A stretch of 63,295 nt of DNA, filler included, from Conidiobolus incongruus B7586 (Eukaryota): the NCBI GenBank assembly GCA_000697335.1. It is 29 parts of 29 records of this genome, joined end to end, with 100 filler letters (N's around TTAATTAATTAA, not from the genome) between each part and the next. Parts side by side here need not be neighbours in the genome. Positions count along the whole stretch, not along the records: positions 26,158 to 28,998 come from JNEM01000605.1; positions 29,099 to 31,155 come from JNEM01000606.1; positions 31,256 to 33,317 come from JNEM01000607.1; positions 33,418 to 35,280 come from JNEM01000608.1; positions 35,381 to 37,583 come from JNEM01000609.1; positions 37,684 to 39,421 come from JNEM01000610.1; positions 39,522 to 42,060 come from JNEM01000611.1; 22 more parts are not named here. One strand, 5' to 3'. Made by a program: the position numbers and the translations under genes. The notes under the pieces were generated by a model that worked only from the letters and a program-made list of their open reading frames with translations, had not been told where the DNA came from and did not search any database. Positions 26,201 to 40,449 of the stretch are shown here, one piece after another (position 1 is the first letter of the stretch; each line of letters opens with the position of its first letter).

Positions 26201-28269
26201 TAGCTAAATTATATTTTATATTGTAAAAAATTAAGCAAAATATAAGATAAAATAATTTAACTTAATAAAATAAATATATATAAATATTTGACTAAATCAT
26301 TATAAACCTTATATATTATATTTATTTTTAAAATAATATAGAATGTTATTAAAGTTTATTTATAAGGTTAAAATTGAAATAAAATTAAAATAAAATAGTT
26401 TTAAAATATTTTAATAATAAATATATTTTTTAATAAAAAATTTATTATAGATTTTATAAATTTTTTTAATTAAAATTTAAATTAAATTAATAATAATAAT
26501 AAAAATTTTTTTAAAAAAATAAATGAAAAAGTATTTTGATTTAAAGAATTAACCCCAGATATAATCTATTATATAATTATTAAAATGAGGGAGTATTTTA
26601 ACTCCTTGTTCCAAGAACTGGTGATATTCTAGATAATCCATTTTATAAGCCACTGTTTGATGAGTTTGAAATATTTAAACTATCCAACTTTCCTAAATAA
26701 ACCTGCTCCTCTATTTCTATTAACTTTAACTTTACTCTTTCTTTATCTTTTACTTACCTTTTTGGCTCTTTTGCCTGATACTTTATATCCTTTTACAGGA
26801 TTCCTCCCAATGGGGCAAGTTTAAACCCCGACATACTGAAATAAAAATATTTTATTGATTTACTTATAAGGATATATAGGTGATATCTTTTGTATATTTT
26901 AATTTTGCTTATATTTCTGAAAATAATAATTTAAAATAACTTAAGTAAAAAACTTTTTATTTTAGTTTTTCTAACTATTTTGATTATAACAATATATAAT
27001 ATTTTTTCCTGAAAGCTTTATATAACAAGTGAATATTTTGTCACTTTAATAAATACCTAATAAAGAATATTTTGACTAATTGATATTTTATTAAATTCTC
27101 CTATTTAACCTAGTCAAGACTAATAATTCTCTAATCTATAATTAATTAATTTATTAAAAATCTTCTATTATATTATATTATTTTATATGTAATAAAAAAT
27201 ATCTTATTTAATTAAAATATTCTGATTAGAGTAACTAAAAACATAATTTTATAGCTATATTTGATTAAATAAAATTAAATTAAGGATAATTATTATTTTA
27301 ATTATTAAATAAATAATTAATCTCTATTATTGATAATAAAATATTAATTTGAAATAATAATAATAAAAAATATTATATAATTTAAGTTTTTCTGGTTATT
27401 TATTATTTTGTTATAAAAACTAATTTTTATAATTTCTAATTAAAATAATTTTTATGAAAATTTTATAATATATGCTGTTTATTTTTCTAATTTAATTTTT
27501 AAATAGTTAATATTTTTTATTTTATTGATATATTATTCAAATGGCTTTGATATATAAATAACAATATTTTTAAATCTATTTATTAAGGCAATAAATTAAA
27601 AAAATCATATATTAAATAATAACGATAAAATTATATTACTAAATTGAATAATAGGGAAATTATATAAATTATTATAAATTGGACATGGATTTATATTTTT
27701 AAATTCAATATAAATGATTCATATTGTTATATTATTAGGTTATAAAGTACCAATATAAAATATATAAAAAAATTCAAATTTATAACATATTTGCAAATAA
27801 TTCTCATTTTTTATTAAATATAAAATTAATAAACAACCCATTATTATTAGCTAAAATTTTAAAAAATATAATTTATTTCTTAAATATAAAATTATATCAA
27901 TTTATTATCAAGTATTTTAAAATCAGTTGAAATCAGAATATAATATATTTATATCATTTAACTATATTTAAACTCCTGCAAAGCTCATATAATTAGATGG
28001 AGTTTAGTTTCAATATTATTTTTTCGTAGAAAATTTAATACCAAGTTCATAGAAATAAAACTGAAATTTATGTTTATATTATTTGGTTTATATCAAGAAT
28101 TAATTTTTTATCAAGTTTCGCTAGGTCAAATTATATGTATGGTTAATTCATAACTAAAAATATTTCTTTTAGTCTTGTAATTATAGTTCAATATACTCCA
28201 AAAATTGATATCATTAAAATAACAAGGTTACCAATAATATTATATTCATTAGTTTATTATACAATACAA

Positions 28270-28998
28270 TGTTGAATTTGAAAAAATGGGAAAATTTTTA
28301 ATTTCTGATTTTTCAAATATATTGTGAGTTTTTAGAGAAAATAATTTGTTAAAAAATATATTAGGGTATTAATATCTCATATTAATTATATATTTTTAGA
28401 ATACTTTTATTAAACAATTTTATATAAAAATACAAAGTAATATTTAACTATATCTAACCTAGATTTAAAATATCCATAATTTTATATTTTAATATTATAA
28501 TAACTTAAATATAAACCATCTAAAATTACCGAAGACTTGTAATTAACTTATAATATTAAGTTTATATCTTAAACTATAAGTTATCATAAGTTTCACTATT
28601 TTATAGCTAAAACAAATATTAATAAATTTTCACCTCATTCAATAAAATTAAATCTTTTTATTATTTTCATATTTATTAATCAAGTAAAAATTACTATTAA
28701 CCGTTATTTTTTAATTTAAAAATAAAAATAAAATTAATAACTGAATAATTAGGTTATTATTATTATATATATATTAATATCCAAATTTATTCTAATTATT
28801 GACAATATAAAATAGAGAATTGATATCTTTATAAAGCTAAAAAAGCTTTATTAAAGATAGGAAAATAAAAAACCCTTAGATAAAATAAAAAGTTTTAAAA
28901 TTGATCATTATTATTAATTCGTATAAAGTTTCTAAATATAATATTTTTCCAAATATAGAAAAATATTAAGCTAAAATAATCTCATTTATAAATTTTCA
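28270..28998 (+). mobile_element. Diverged mariner 5' fragment
   Basis: Left-end motif AAATGGGAAAATTTTTAATTTCTGATTTTTCAAA, then an N-terminal remnant YKPSKITEDL resembling HKPSKITQNL of the main family. Confidence 0.6.
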
Positions 28999-29145
28999 NN
29001 NNNNNNNNNNNNNNNNNNNNNNNNNNNNNNNNNNNNNNNNNNTTAATTAATTAANNNNNNNNNNNNNNNNNNNNNNNNNNNNNNNNNNNNNNNNNNNNAT
29101 TTTTTAAATCTTATTTTTATCAAATTATATAAATATATCAATATA

Positions 29146-30684
29146 TACTAGCTTGCAAAAATAAGTCATAAAATTGAAATATAAATATTTGTAATAATAT
29201 CTTTATCAATTCTAATATAAATAAATTTATATCAAACTATATAATTAATATTTATTTTTTATTTATAATATAATATATAATGTTAAATTTAATCGATTAT
29301 TAATTGTTATATTAAAACTAAAAGTATATTGAATATAAGTTATAAATTTGCAAATTTAATATTGATTCAAAATTTAATATTTAGTATATCTATTTTTTGC
29401 TTGTCTAACTTTTTTAAGATTTAAAGGGTATAGAGTAAACTAGTTTCTTATATTAAGCAAGACTAATATTATTCTAAACTTCTTGAATATACCTTTATAG
29501 TTGATTTAAATTTTTTGCTAAAAGATAAGCTTTAATTGATTTTTTAGTTAATCCTAAAGATATTTAATTAGGTCAAGATTAAGAGATTAAGGAGGGTATT
29601 TTATAATAGTTATTTTATTATTTTTAAGCATTTTAATAATAGAATCTGTAATATAGAAAAGGGTATTATCTTGTTGGAAAATGATATTTGATTTATTTAC
29701 CCTTTACCAATCAAAAGTTATTTCAATTTATTTTTTAAAATACTTTAATATATCTCAATATTAATTACCCCATTAACCCTACAAAAATACCCTATACTTA
29801 AAGATAGTATATATCTTTAAATTATAATTAACTTACTATTGTATTTTTAGCTTATAAAGTAATTCTTTATTTTTTTTAAAATATCTAACTCTTTTATTAG
29901 ATAAATTAAAATATATCTTTGTTTTATTTGATTAAATAACTTTTTTTAGTTAGTTTTAGTTTAAAATTAGTGTTAACATTTAAACTATTGCCTAATCTTA
30001 TAATGGGACTTTTTAATTAAGGGTGTTTTTTCTTAAAGTATAAGTGATATCTATTTTAATATAAAGCATATATAATAATTTCAGTATTTACTAATATTCT
30101 TATATAGTTTTGTAATTCATATTATACTTTTACAATAATATTATATTAACCTGTATTAACTAATCTAAAAATATATTTTTCATCATGCTTTTCTATAATC
30201 TTATTATATTTAAGTTTTAAGGTGTTTTTTTAATATACTTTTTAATAACCCTAGCTATAGTAAATTAGTTAATATTAATAAATCTAGCTATCTCACAAAT
30301 TGATTTATTTTTATTATTAAATTAATTAATATGTAAGTGAACTTTGTTAAAAAAAGATTTAAGCATTATATTATTAATTTTAAAATATCAGCTTAATAGC
30401 ATTATAAAATATATAATATAACAAAAAAAAGAAAATATATATAAGTTTTATTATTTATACCCCCTTAACTTATAAACCTACAAATTTACAACTCATCTTG
30501 GTTAAATTTTAGGTTTTGATATATTAACCAATAGATAATAAAATATAATCAAATATAGTTAATTATAATTAATTAATTTAGTTAAATTATATGTTTTAAT
30601 TTAAATTTATTTTATTGAATTATTTATGATATAGGTAAATATTTATGTAATATTAATTTTATGATTCACTTTTGTGAGTGAGTG
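29146..30684 (-). mobile_element. Full-length Tc1 (DD34E) copy, RIP-degraded
   Basis: TIRs TACTAGCTTGCAAAAATAAGTCATAAAA ... TTTTATGATTCACTTTTGTGAGTGAGTG flanked by TA. Internal sequence is collinear with 33565-35138. Confidence 0.85.
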
Positions 30685-30689
30685 TATTT

Positions 30690-31155
30690 ATAAATGATAT
30701 AGTTTTTTAAATGATGATATTTAGTTATTAATTTGTTAAAAAATAAATTTTTGAATTTTACCTAAAATAAGTTATAATATTACAAGTTTTTGATAATAAA
30801 TAAATTAAAACTTAATGTATCTATCTTTAACTTTTGTAACTATTTAAAGTTTATAAGGTATAGAATTAATTAACTTTTTATAATAAAAAAAGTCAATTTT
30901 ATTTTATATTTCTTGAATATTTTCCTAAATTTAATTTAAATTTTTTGCTAAAAAAAAACTTTAATAGTTTTTTATTAATCCTGATAATATTTAATTAAAT
31001 TAAGGTTAAAAGATTAAAAAAATCATTTTTTAACTATTATTTTGTTATTCCTAAACAATTTGGTAATAAAAGTTATAATATAATAAGAAGGATTATCTTA
31101 CTAAAAAATAATATTAGATTTATTTAACTTATATTATTTAATAATTTTATTTAAT
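30690..31155 (-). mobile_element. Tc1 3'-end fragment
   Basis: Collinear with the transposase C-terminus and inner repeat of other copies; cut by the spacer. Confidence 0.7.
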
Positions 31156-31286
31156 NNNNNNNNNNNNNNNNNNNNNNNNNNNNNNNNNNNNNNNNNNNNT
31201 TAATTAATTAANNNNNNNNNNNNNNNNNNNNNNNNNNNNNNNNNNNNNNNNNNNNTTAATAATAAATAAAAAAATATTGAATAATA

Positions 31287-32857
31287 TTCTAACTTAAAAA
31301 AGTAAGTCATAAAATCAAAAACACTTATATTTTTACTAATAACTTAATTAACATTTAATAAAATAAACTTAAATTAAATAGTTAAAATCTATTATATTTA
31401 TTAATAATATATATCATTAAATAATGATATTTAGCTATTAATTAGTTGAAATATAAATCTTTAAATTTTATCTAGGATAAGTTATAAATTTATGGGTTTT
31501 TAATGATAAAAGAAATTAAAACCTAATATATCTAACTTTAGCTTTTTTAACTTTTTTAAGTTTGTGGGGTATAAAATCAATTAACTTTTTATATTAAGAA
31601 AAATTAATCTTGTTTTATGCTTTATAAATATATTTTTAAAACTGATTTAAATCTTTTACTAAAGAGAAAGCTTTAATAACATTTTTTAATTAACCCCAAA
31701 AATATTCAATTAAGTTAAATTAAGAGATTAGAAAAGCTATTTCATAACTATTATTTTGTAATTTTTAAGTTATTTGGTAGTAAAAGTTATAATATAGTAA
31801 ATGGTATTATCTTACTAGATAATAATATCAGATTTATTTAATATATATTTTTTAATAATTTTTTTCAATTTATTGTTAAAAATACTTTAATATATCTTAA
31901 TATTAATTCCCTTATTAATTTTACAAAGATATTTTATATCTAAAGATAATATATATCCCTAAATAATAATTAAGTTATCATTATATTTTTAGGTAAAATT
32001 AACATAATAGTTATATAATAGTTTTATATTTTTTCTGAAGTATTTAGTTTTTTTATTAAATTTATTAAAGTATATTTTAGTTTTATTAAACTAAATAGCT
32101 TTATTTTAATTAGTTTTGGTTTAATTTTAATAATGACATTTAAACTTCTATTTAATTTTATAATTGGATTTTTTTAATTAGGGGTGTTTTTTCTTATAGT
32201 ATAAGTGATATCTATGTTAATATAAAGCATATATAATAATATTAGTATTAACTAATATTTTTGTATAGTTTTATAATTCTTGTTATATTTCTATAATAGT
32301 ACTATACTTATTTGTACTAACCAACCTATAAATATACTTGTTATCATATTTATCTATAATTTTAACATACTTAAGTTTAAGTTTAAATATGTTTTTATTG
32401 CTATTCTTAATAGCTTTAGCTATAGTAAACTAACTAACACTAATAATTCTAATAATATCATAAGTTGATTTATCTTTTTTATTAAGTTAATTAATATACA
32501 AGTAGATTTTTTTAGAGAGTGATTTAAACATAGTAATATTAATAAAAAGTATTTAATATATCTATAAAATATTATATAAAATAATAATAAAAAGAGAGAA
32601 AAAATATAATTATATATTGTTAAATATATCCCTTTATCTCAAAAACCCACAAATTTATAACTTGTTTTAGTTATATATTAATGATTAATATATTTACTAA
32701 TAGTTTATTAAATATATTTAAATATATTTATTTATTATCAAATAATATATTTTAATTATATATTATAGTTTTATATGATTTGATAAATATAATTATTTCA
32801 GCTATTAATTAAAATATATATATTTTTGATTTTATAACTTACTTTTATAAGTTAATA
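31287..32857 (-). mobile_element. Full-length Tc1 copy, heavily degraded
   Basis: Degenerate TIRs (AAAAGTAAGTCATAAAA; TTTTATAACTTACTTTTATAAG) and a collinear interior. Confidence 0.82.
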
Positions 32858-33564
32858 TATAAGGTAAATAAATTAAATATTATTCTTTTATAAAATAATA
32901 ATTATTGTTCAATATTATTTTTATTATTAAATACTAAAAATATAAAAAAACTATTATTATATAATAATTTCTTTAATTTTTTTAATTTAACTAAATTAAA
33001 AACTTTTAAAGTTAATTAAATTAATAGTAAAAACTTTATTATTAGGCAAAAATTAAAATAAATTTTAAAAAAATAATCAAAAGTTTAAAATCAAATTATT
33101 TATTTAAAGTATAAAAAGTTAATTAACTCTATATTTTATAATACTTAAGGATGTTAAACAAATAATAAATATATTTAGTTTTAATTCTTATTTTTTAATC
33201 CAAACTTATAATTTCATTTATTTAAAATAATTTTTAATATTGATATAATAACTAAATATTAATATAGATTAATTAAATATATTATATTATATATAAATAA
33301 TATATTATTGGTATAATNNNNNNNNNNNNNNNNNNNNNNNNNNNNNNNNNNNNNNNNNNNNTTAATTAATTAANNNNNNNNNNNNNNNNNNNNNNNNNNN
33401 NNNNNNNNNNNNNNNNNTATTTTTATATATATTATATTTTAACAATTAATATTAAATAATTATTTAGTTAATCAAGTTTTAATATATTAAAAAGAAAATA
33501 TAATCAAATATATAATAAATGAATTTTGAATTTTAAAATATTTGAATATATTGATTAATAAATA

Positions 33565-35138
33565 TGCTAGCCTGCAAAAATAAGTCATAAAATAAAAATC
33601 ACTTATATATTTACCTGTAACTTAAACAATTCTTAACTAAATTAATTTAAATTAAAATATATAATGAAGGTATATTACCTGATTATAATAGGTTACATTT
33701 AATTATATTTAATATATTATTGGTTAATATATCAAATCTTAAATTTTAAATAGGGTGAGTTATAAATTTGTAGGTTTAGGAGTTAAAGGAGTATATAAAA
33801 CAAAAATTACTTAAATCTTTTTTTTTAATTAAATTATATATATTTATACTAATATTATTATTGTAAATTATTATTTTAAATAATATTAGTATTAAAATAC
33901 CTAAATCCCTCTTTAAAAAGATTCACTTGTATATTAATCAACTCAATAATAAAGGTAAATCAACTTGTGAAATTGCTGGAATTACTAGTGCTAGCTAGTT
34001 TACTATAGCTAGGGCTATTAAAAATTATGGTAAAGATATATCTAAACTTAAACTTAAGTGTGCTAGGATTATAGATAAATATAATAAAAGGTATATTTAT
34101 AGGTTGGTTAGTACAGATAAGTGTAATATTGTTATAAAAGTATAGAAAGAATTATAAGACTATACAAGAATATTAATTAATACTGATACTATTATACATA
34201 CTTTATGTAATAATAGATATTGCTTGCACTTCAAGAAAAAACACCCCCAACTAAAGAAGTCCTATTGTAAAACCAAGTGGGAGTTTGAATGTCACCACTA
34301 AAGCTAAACTGAAACTAATTGGAGTAAGGTTATTTAGTCTAATGAAACAAAAATATACTTTAGTGGATCTAATGGAAAAGCTAGATATTTCAGAAAAACA
34401 AAGAACTACTTTATAACCATTATATTATTTCAACCCAAAAATATAATAATGGGTCAATTATAGTTTAGGGATATATGTTATCTTTTAGTATAGGGTATCT
34501 TTGTAAAGTTGATAAGGGAATTAATATTGATATATACCAAAATATTTTAAATAATGAATTAAAAAAAACTATTGAATAATATAGGTTAAATAAATCAGAT
34601 GTTATTTTCTAACAAGATAATGCCCCTTGCTATATTGCTATTTCTATTACCAAATAGTTTAAAAATAGTAAAATAATAGTTATGAAGTAGCCTCCTCAAT
34701 CCCCTAACCTTAATCTAATTGAACATCTTTGGGATCAGTTAAAAAAAGCAATTAAAGCTTTCCCACCAACAAAAAATTTAAATAAGCTTTGGGAATATAT
34801 TCAAGAAGTTTAAAATAAAATTAATCTTTCTTAATATAAAAAGTTAGTTGACTCTATGCCCCATAGACTTAAGGAAGTTAAAAAAGCAAAAGGTAGATAT
34901 ACTAAGTTTTAATTTTCTTTTTATAACCAAAACACACAAATTTATGACTTATCTTAAATAAAATTTAAATTTTTATATATTAACTAAAATTTAATATAAT
35001 TGGATCAAATATACTTAACTATAAATAATATAAGTTTATTATATGTTTTAATTTAAATTAATTTGATTAAGATTTAACAGAGTTATTGATAATAATATAT
35101 ATAATTATAATTTTATGACTTACTTTTGCAAGCCAATG
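33565..35138 (+). mobile_element. Full-length Tc1 (DD34E) element, 1574 bp, best-preserved copy
   Basis: TA flanks at 33563-33564 and 35139-35140. TIR consensus CACT(A/G)GC(C/T)TGCAAAA(A/G)T(A/G)AGTCATAAAA. Contains the transposase relic at 33897-34912. Confidence 0.93.
33897..34912 (+). pseudogene. Tc1 transposase pseudogene
   Basis: HTH-like start (M)PKSL..KSTCEIAGIT. Then WSKVI*SNETK (= WSDE), GSIIV*GYM, *QDNAPCY, *PPQSPNLNLIEHLW and VDSMPHRLKEVKKAKGRYTKF*. There are 34 residues between D and E. Confidence 0.92.
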
Positions 35139-35380
35139 TATATTATCAATTTTAATTATAAATATTAGTTTGAACTATATATTAATATTATCTATATTAT
35201 AATTTGTTATATTTTATTTAGTTTTAATTTTTATTCTATTTTATTCAATAGAATATAAATTTAATTTGATTAATATTTAANNNNNNNNNNNNNNNNNNNN
35301 NNNNNNNNNNNNNNNNNNNNNNNNTTAATTAATTAANNNNNNNNNNNNNNNNNNNNNNNNNNNNNNNNNNNNNNNNNNNN

Positions 35381-37583
35381 AAATAAACTTAAATTAATTA
35401 ATTAAACCTATTATATATATTCATAATATATATTATTAAATAATGATATTTAGTTATTTATTGGTTTAAATATATACTATCAAATTTTATTTAAGATTAG
35501 TTATAAATTTATAAATATTTAGTGATAAAAAAAATTAAAACCTACTATATTTACCTTTAGCTTTTTTAATTTTTTTAAGTTAATAAGGTAGAGAATTTAT
35601 TAACCTCTTATACACTAGCCTGCAAAAATGAGTTATAAAATTATGATTATATATATTATTATTAATAACTTTGTTAATTCTTAATCAAATTAATTTAAAT
35701 TAAAATATATAATAAACTTATATTATTTATTTATAATTATATATATTTAATCCAATTATATTAAATTTTAGTTGATATATTAAAGTTTAATTTTTACCTA
35801 AGATGAGTCATAAATTTGTGTGTTTTGGTTATAAAAAGAAAATTAAAACTTAGTATATCTATCTTTTGTTTTCTTAACTTCCTTAAGTTTATAAAGTATA
35901 AAGTCAACTAACTTCTTATATTAAGAAAGATTAACTTTGTTCTAAACTTCTTGAATATATTCCTAAATCTTATTTAAATTTTTTGCTAGTAGGAAAACTT
36001 TAATTATTTTTTTTTAACTAATCCCAAAGGTGTTTAATTAGATTAAAATTAAAAGATTAAGGAAGCTACTTTATAACTATTATTTTATTATTTTTAAACT
36101 ATTTGATAATGGAAATAATAGTATAGCAAAAGGTATTAACTTGTTAAAAAATAACATCTGATTTATTTAACCTATATTATTCAATAGTTTTTTTTAATTC
36201 ATTATTTAGAATATTTTAGTATATCTTAATATTAATTCCCCTATCAATTTTATAAAGATACCCTACACTAGAAAATAACATACATCCCTAAACTATAATT
36301 AACCTATCATTATATTTTTGGGTTGAAATAACATGATGGTTATAAAGTAGTTCTTTGTTTTTTTTTGAAATAACTAGCTTTTTTATTAAATCTACCAAAG
36401 TATATTTTTGTTTCATTAAACTAAATAACCTTACTCTAATTAATTTTGGTTTAGCTTTAGTAATGACATTTAAACTTTTACCTAGCTTTATAATAAAACT
36501 TCTTTAGTTAAGGGTGTTTTGTCTTAAGATATAAACAGTATCTATTATAATATAAAGTATATATAATAGTATTAGTATTAACTAATATTCTTTTATAGTC
36601 TTATAATTCTTTCTGTACTTTTACAGTAGTATTACATTTACCTATACTAACCAACCTATAAATATATTTTTTATCATATTTATTTATAATCCTAGTATAC
36701 CCAAGTTTAAGTTTAGATATATCCTTACCATAATTTTTAACAGCTTTAGCTGTAGTAAACTAGCTAACACTAGTAATTCTAATAATCTTATGAGTTGATT
36801 TACCTTTAATATAGAGTTAATTAATATACAAGTGAATTTTTTTAGAGAGGGATTTAAGCATTTTAATTCTAATATTATTATAAATATATATAATTTAATA
36901 AAAAAAAAGATTTATGTAATTTTTGTTTTATATACCCTTTTAACTCTTAAACCTGCAAATTTATAACTCACCCTATTTAAAATTTAAGATTTAATATATT
37001 AACCAATAATATATTAAATATAATTAAATATAACCTATTATAATCAGATAATATACTTTAATTATATACTTCAATTTAAATTAAATTAGTTAAGAATTGT
37101 TTAAGTTACAGGTAAATATATAAGTGATTTTTATTTTATGATTTACTTTTACAAGCTAGTGTATTAAAAAAAGTTAATCTTATTCTATAATTCTTTAATA
37201 TATTCTTAAAGTTGATTTAAATTATTTATTAAAAGAAAGCTTTAATAGCTTTTTTTAATTAATTCTAAAGATATTTAATTAAGTTAAAGTTAAAAGATTA
37301 AAGAAATTACTTAATAACTATTATCTTATTATTTTTAAGTTATTTGATAGTAAAAGTTATAATATAACAAAAAGTATTATCTTATCAAAAAATAACATTA
37401 GATTTGTTTAACTTATAATATTTAGTATTTTCTTTTGATTTATTATTTAGAATATTTTAATATAATTTAATATTAATTCTTTTATTAACTTTATAAATAT
37501 ACTTTATATCTAAAGATAATAAAAATCTTTTAATAATAATTAACCTATTATTATATTATTTGGTAATATTAACAAGATAGTTA
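35381..37583 (-). mobile_element. Older Tc1 copy (host; segments 35381-35612 and 37162-37583) interrupted by another Tc1
   Basis: The flanks rejoin as AACCTCTTA-TA-TTAAAAAAAGTTAATC, matching the uninterrupted AACTTCTTATATTAAGAAAGATTAAC in other copies. Confidence 0.85.
35613..37161 (-). mobile_element. Full-length Tc1 nested within Tc1, TA TSD
   Basis: TA|CACTAGCCTGCAAAAATGAG ... TTACTTTTACAAGCTAGTG|TA. Confidence 0.92.
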
Positions 37584-37683
37584 NNNNNNNNNNNNNNNNN
37601 NNNNNNNNNNNNNNNNNNNNNNNNNNNTTAATTAATTAANNNNNNNNNNNNNNNNNNNNNNNNNNNNNNNNNNNNNNNNNNNN

Positions 37684-37782
37684 TATATATTTTAATTTAA
37701 ATTTATTTAATTAAGAATTGTTTAAGATATAGGTAAATATATAAGTAATTTTAATTTTATAACTTACTTTTGTTAGCTAATA
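37684..37782 (-). mobile_element. Tc1 5' terminal fragment
   Basis: Matches 37070-37161 including the TIR TTTTATAACTTACTTTTGTTAGCTAATA. Confidence 0.75.
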
Positions 37783-38664
37783 TATATATATCAAGATATT
37801 TCAAATAAAAAGGGTTTATATTAATATAAATAACATATATTAAGTTAGGCTAGCTAATAACTTGAATATTATTTTTATATAATTATTGGTTTATAATAAT
37901 TTTAAATAACTTTGTAATTATAAAATTAAATGATTTTATAAGGTTGGTATATTATTCAATTCAATATATTTTATTATTATTATGATTCTACCAATTAATT
38001 AAAAAAATACACTCTTTTATGATCTATTCCAGTTAACTAATATATTTATATAACTTTTTATAAGTTTGATTTATCAATAATAATTAATATAATTTAAATA
38101 AATATTAATAATAAGATAATAAAAATTAAAAAATTTATTTATATTTATAATGTATATCTTTGAAAGTCAGATCTAGTATTATAATTAGAAGTAATATATT
38201 ATAATATTCTATATATTTATGGCCCTTTCTGTGAAAAAAATATTTCATATCAGTTTTTGTTTCGAATTATTCAAGCTATTTGATTATAGTTATTTATATA
38301 TTACAAATATTCAGTTATTTAAAAAGACACTTGGATCAAAATATTAAGGTTTTGGAATATATATTTTATACTTTATTGGTATTTGAGTTAGCTATTAAAA
38401 TTTTATAAGTTTTAGGTCAAAGTAAATTCTTTACTATTAATTGTCCTTGATTAAAAATAACTATCCAAAATTCAAAAATATAATCAAAATGATATAAAAA
38501 TTCTTTTTTAATTTTATTTATCGAATAAGGTGTATAATTAATTATTTAGATGTTTTTATAAATGACTTAATTTAAATACTTCAATAAGCTGAATAATTCC
38601 TTTTTTTCTTATTTTAGAATAAAGAAAATTATTCAAATTTTTTAAATAAAATTTAATTTATTTA

Positions 38665-39421
38665 TACTAACTAGTAAGAATAAGCTATAAAATTCAATTC
38701 ACTAATATTTTTGCTTATAACTTAACCTAATCTTAATCAAATTAACTCAAACTAGATTATATGATTAAGGTATACTATTTGATTATAATAAATGATAATT
38801 AACCATGTTTAATTAATTATTAAGATTTTAAATCTTAAAATTAAATTAAATTATAAATTTATAACTTTATGAATTAAAAGGAGTAAATAAAACAAAACTT
38901 GTTTATTTTTTAAATTTTATATACTAAATTAGAACTATTTTAAGCAATTAATAATAATTTTTTTTGATCTTATTCAAAAAATTTATTTTTATATTAATTA
39001 ACTTTAAAATAAAATTAAAATAATAATAAAAATTATTAAAATTACTAATATTAAAAATTTTATTAAAATTAAATTAATTAAAAATAATGAAATAAATTTA
39101 ACTTAAATTTAAATATATAAAATTTATAAATCAATATAATAAAAAATATCTCTAAAAGTAAATAGATATTAATAATTAAAATAATATTATTAAAATATTA
39201 TAGATTATAAAGTTATATAAAAAAGCTAATATTAATATTATTATAAAGATTTTATATTAAAATCAATATTATTTATAATTTAATAAAACTCTTTAATTAA
39301 AATAGACTTTAATATAAAATTATATAAAAGTTTAATTATTATTATTATTATTCAATTTAAATTAATATTAATTTAAATAAAATAATTTAGTTTAAAAAAC
39401 ATAAATATATTTTAAAATAAA
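38665..39421 (+). mobile_element. Extremely degraded Tc1 5' portion
   Basis: TIR remnant TACTAACTAGTAAGAATAAGCTATAAAA, followed by almost pure A/T sequence still collinear with the family. Confidence 0.6.
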
Positions 39422-40449
39422 NNNNNNNNNNNNNNNNNNNNNNNNNNNNNNNNNNNNNNNNNNNNTTAATTAATTAANNNNNNNNNNNNNNNNNNNNNNN
39501 NNNNNNNNNNNNNNNNNNNNNTAAAAAATTAAAAAATAAAATAAATTCCTTTATAGATACTATTATTTGTACTTAAAAATTTTATAATATATTAATTATG
39601 TTTTAATAATATAAATTAATATGAAATACAAAATATATATAAATATAATTAAAAAAAATATTAATATTTTGGTAAATTATAATATTTTAATTAATAAAAA
39701 AAATATTTAAGGGATTTAAGTAAAATAAATCAAACTTTATTTTTTAATAAAATAAAATTCTATTGATATAATTTTCTTTAATATTAAATAATTTTAAATA
39801 ATAACGTAATTGTTTTAAAATAATTAATTTATTTCTTTAATTTTAACTTAATTAAATATTTTTGGAATTTATTAAATAAATTATTAACTTTTTAAGTTTT
39901 GGTTGGAAGGGATTATACTTATTCTTAGTCTCCAAGTTACCTCGTTTTTTTATAATTTATAGTTAAAACAAAGTTAGATTTTATTAGTTTGAGAATAAAT
40001 CAACCAGATAAAATACTTATACAGATTAGTAACAAAGTATATTTTTTATCTTTATTTCTGAGAAAAATAAAAAATCAATTTTTTTATTCAAAACAATAAA
40101 AATCATCTTTTTATATAAACATTAAATTCCCATTAATTTTCAAATAAAATAAAAATAAATAAATCCTTAATAATAAAGATGATTAAATAATAAAATAAAA
40201 AAGTTATTGATTAACTTTTTTTTAGGTAATTACTTAACAAAAATTATTTATAGTTTTTCTTTTAATTAAAAATTTTATTATTTTTAAAAGTAAATTAAAA
40301 AAATAATAATATACTAAATTATAGAAGCAAATAACATAATCAATAATATATATATTTTTATTAATAATTAACATAATTATATAAACTAAATTATTTGATA
40401 TTATAATTTATAACTAAGATATATACTTTTATATTTAGAAATATATATA

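Noticed and set aside
32280..32468. 62-aa ORF
   Set aside because: Antisense to a degraded Tc1 transposase.
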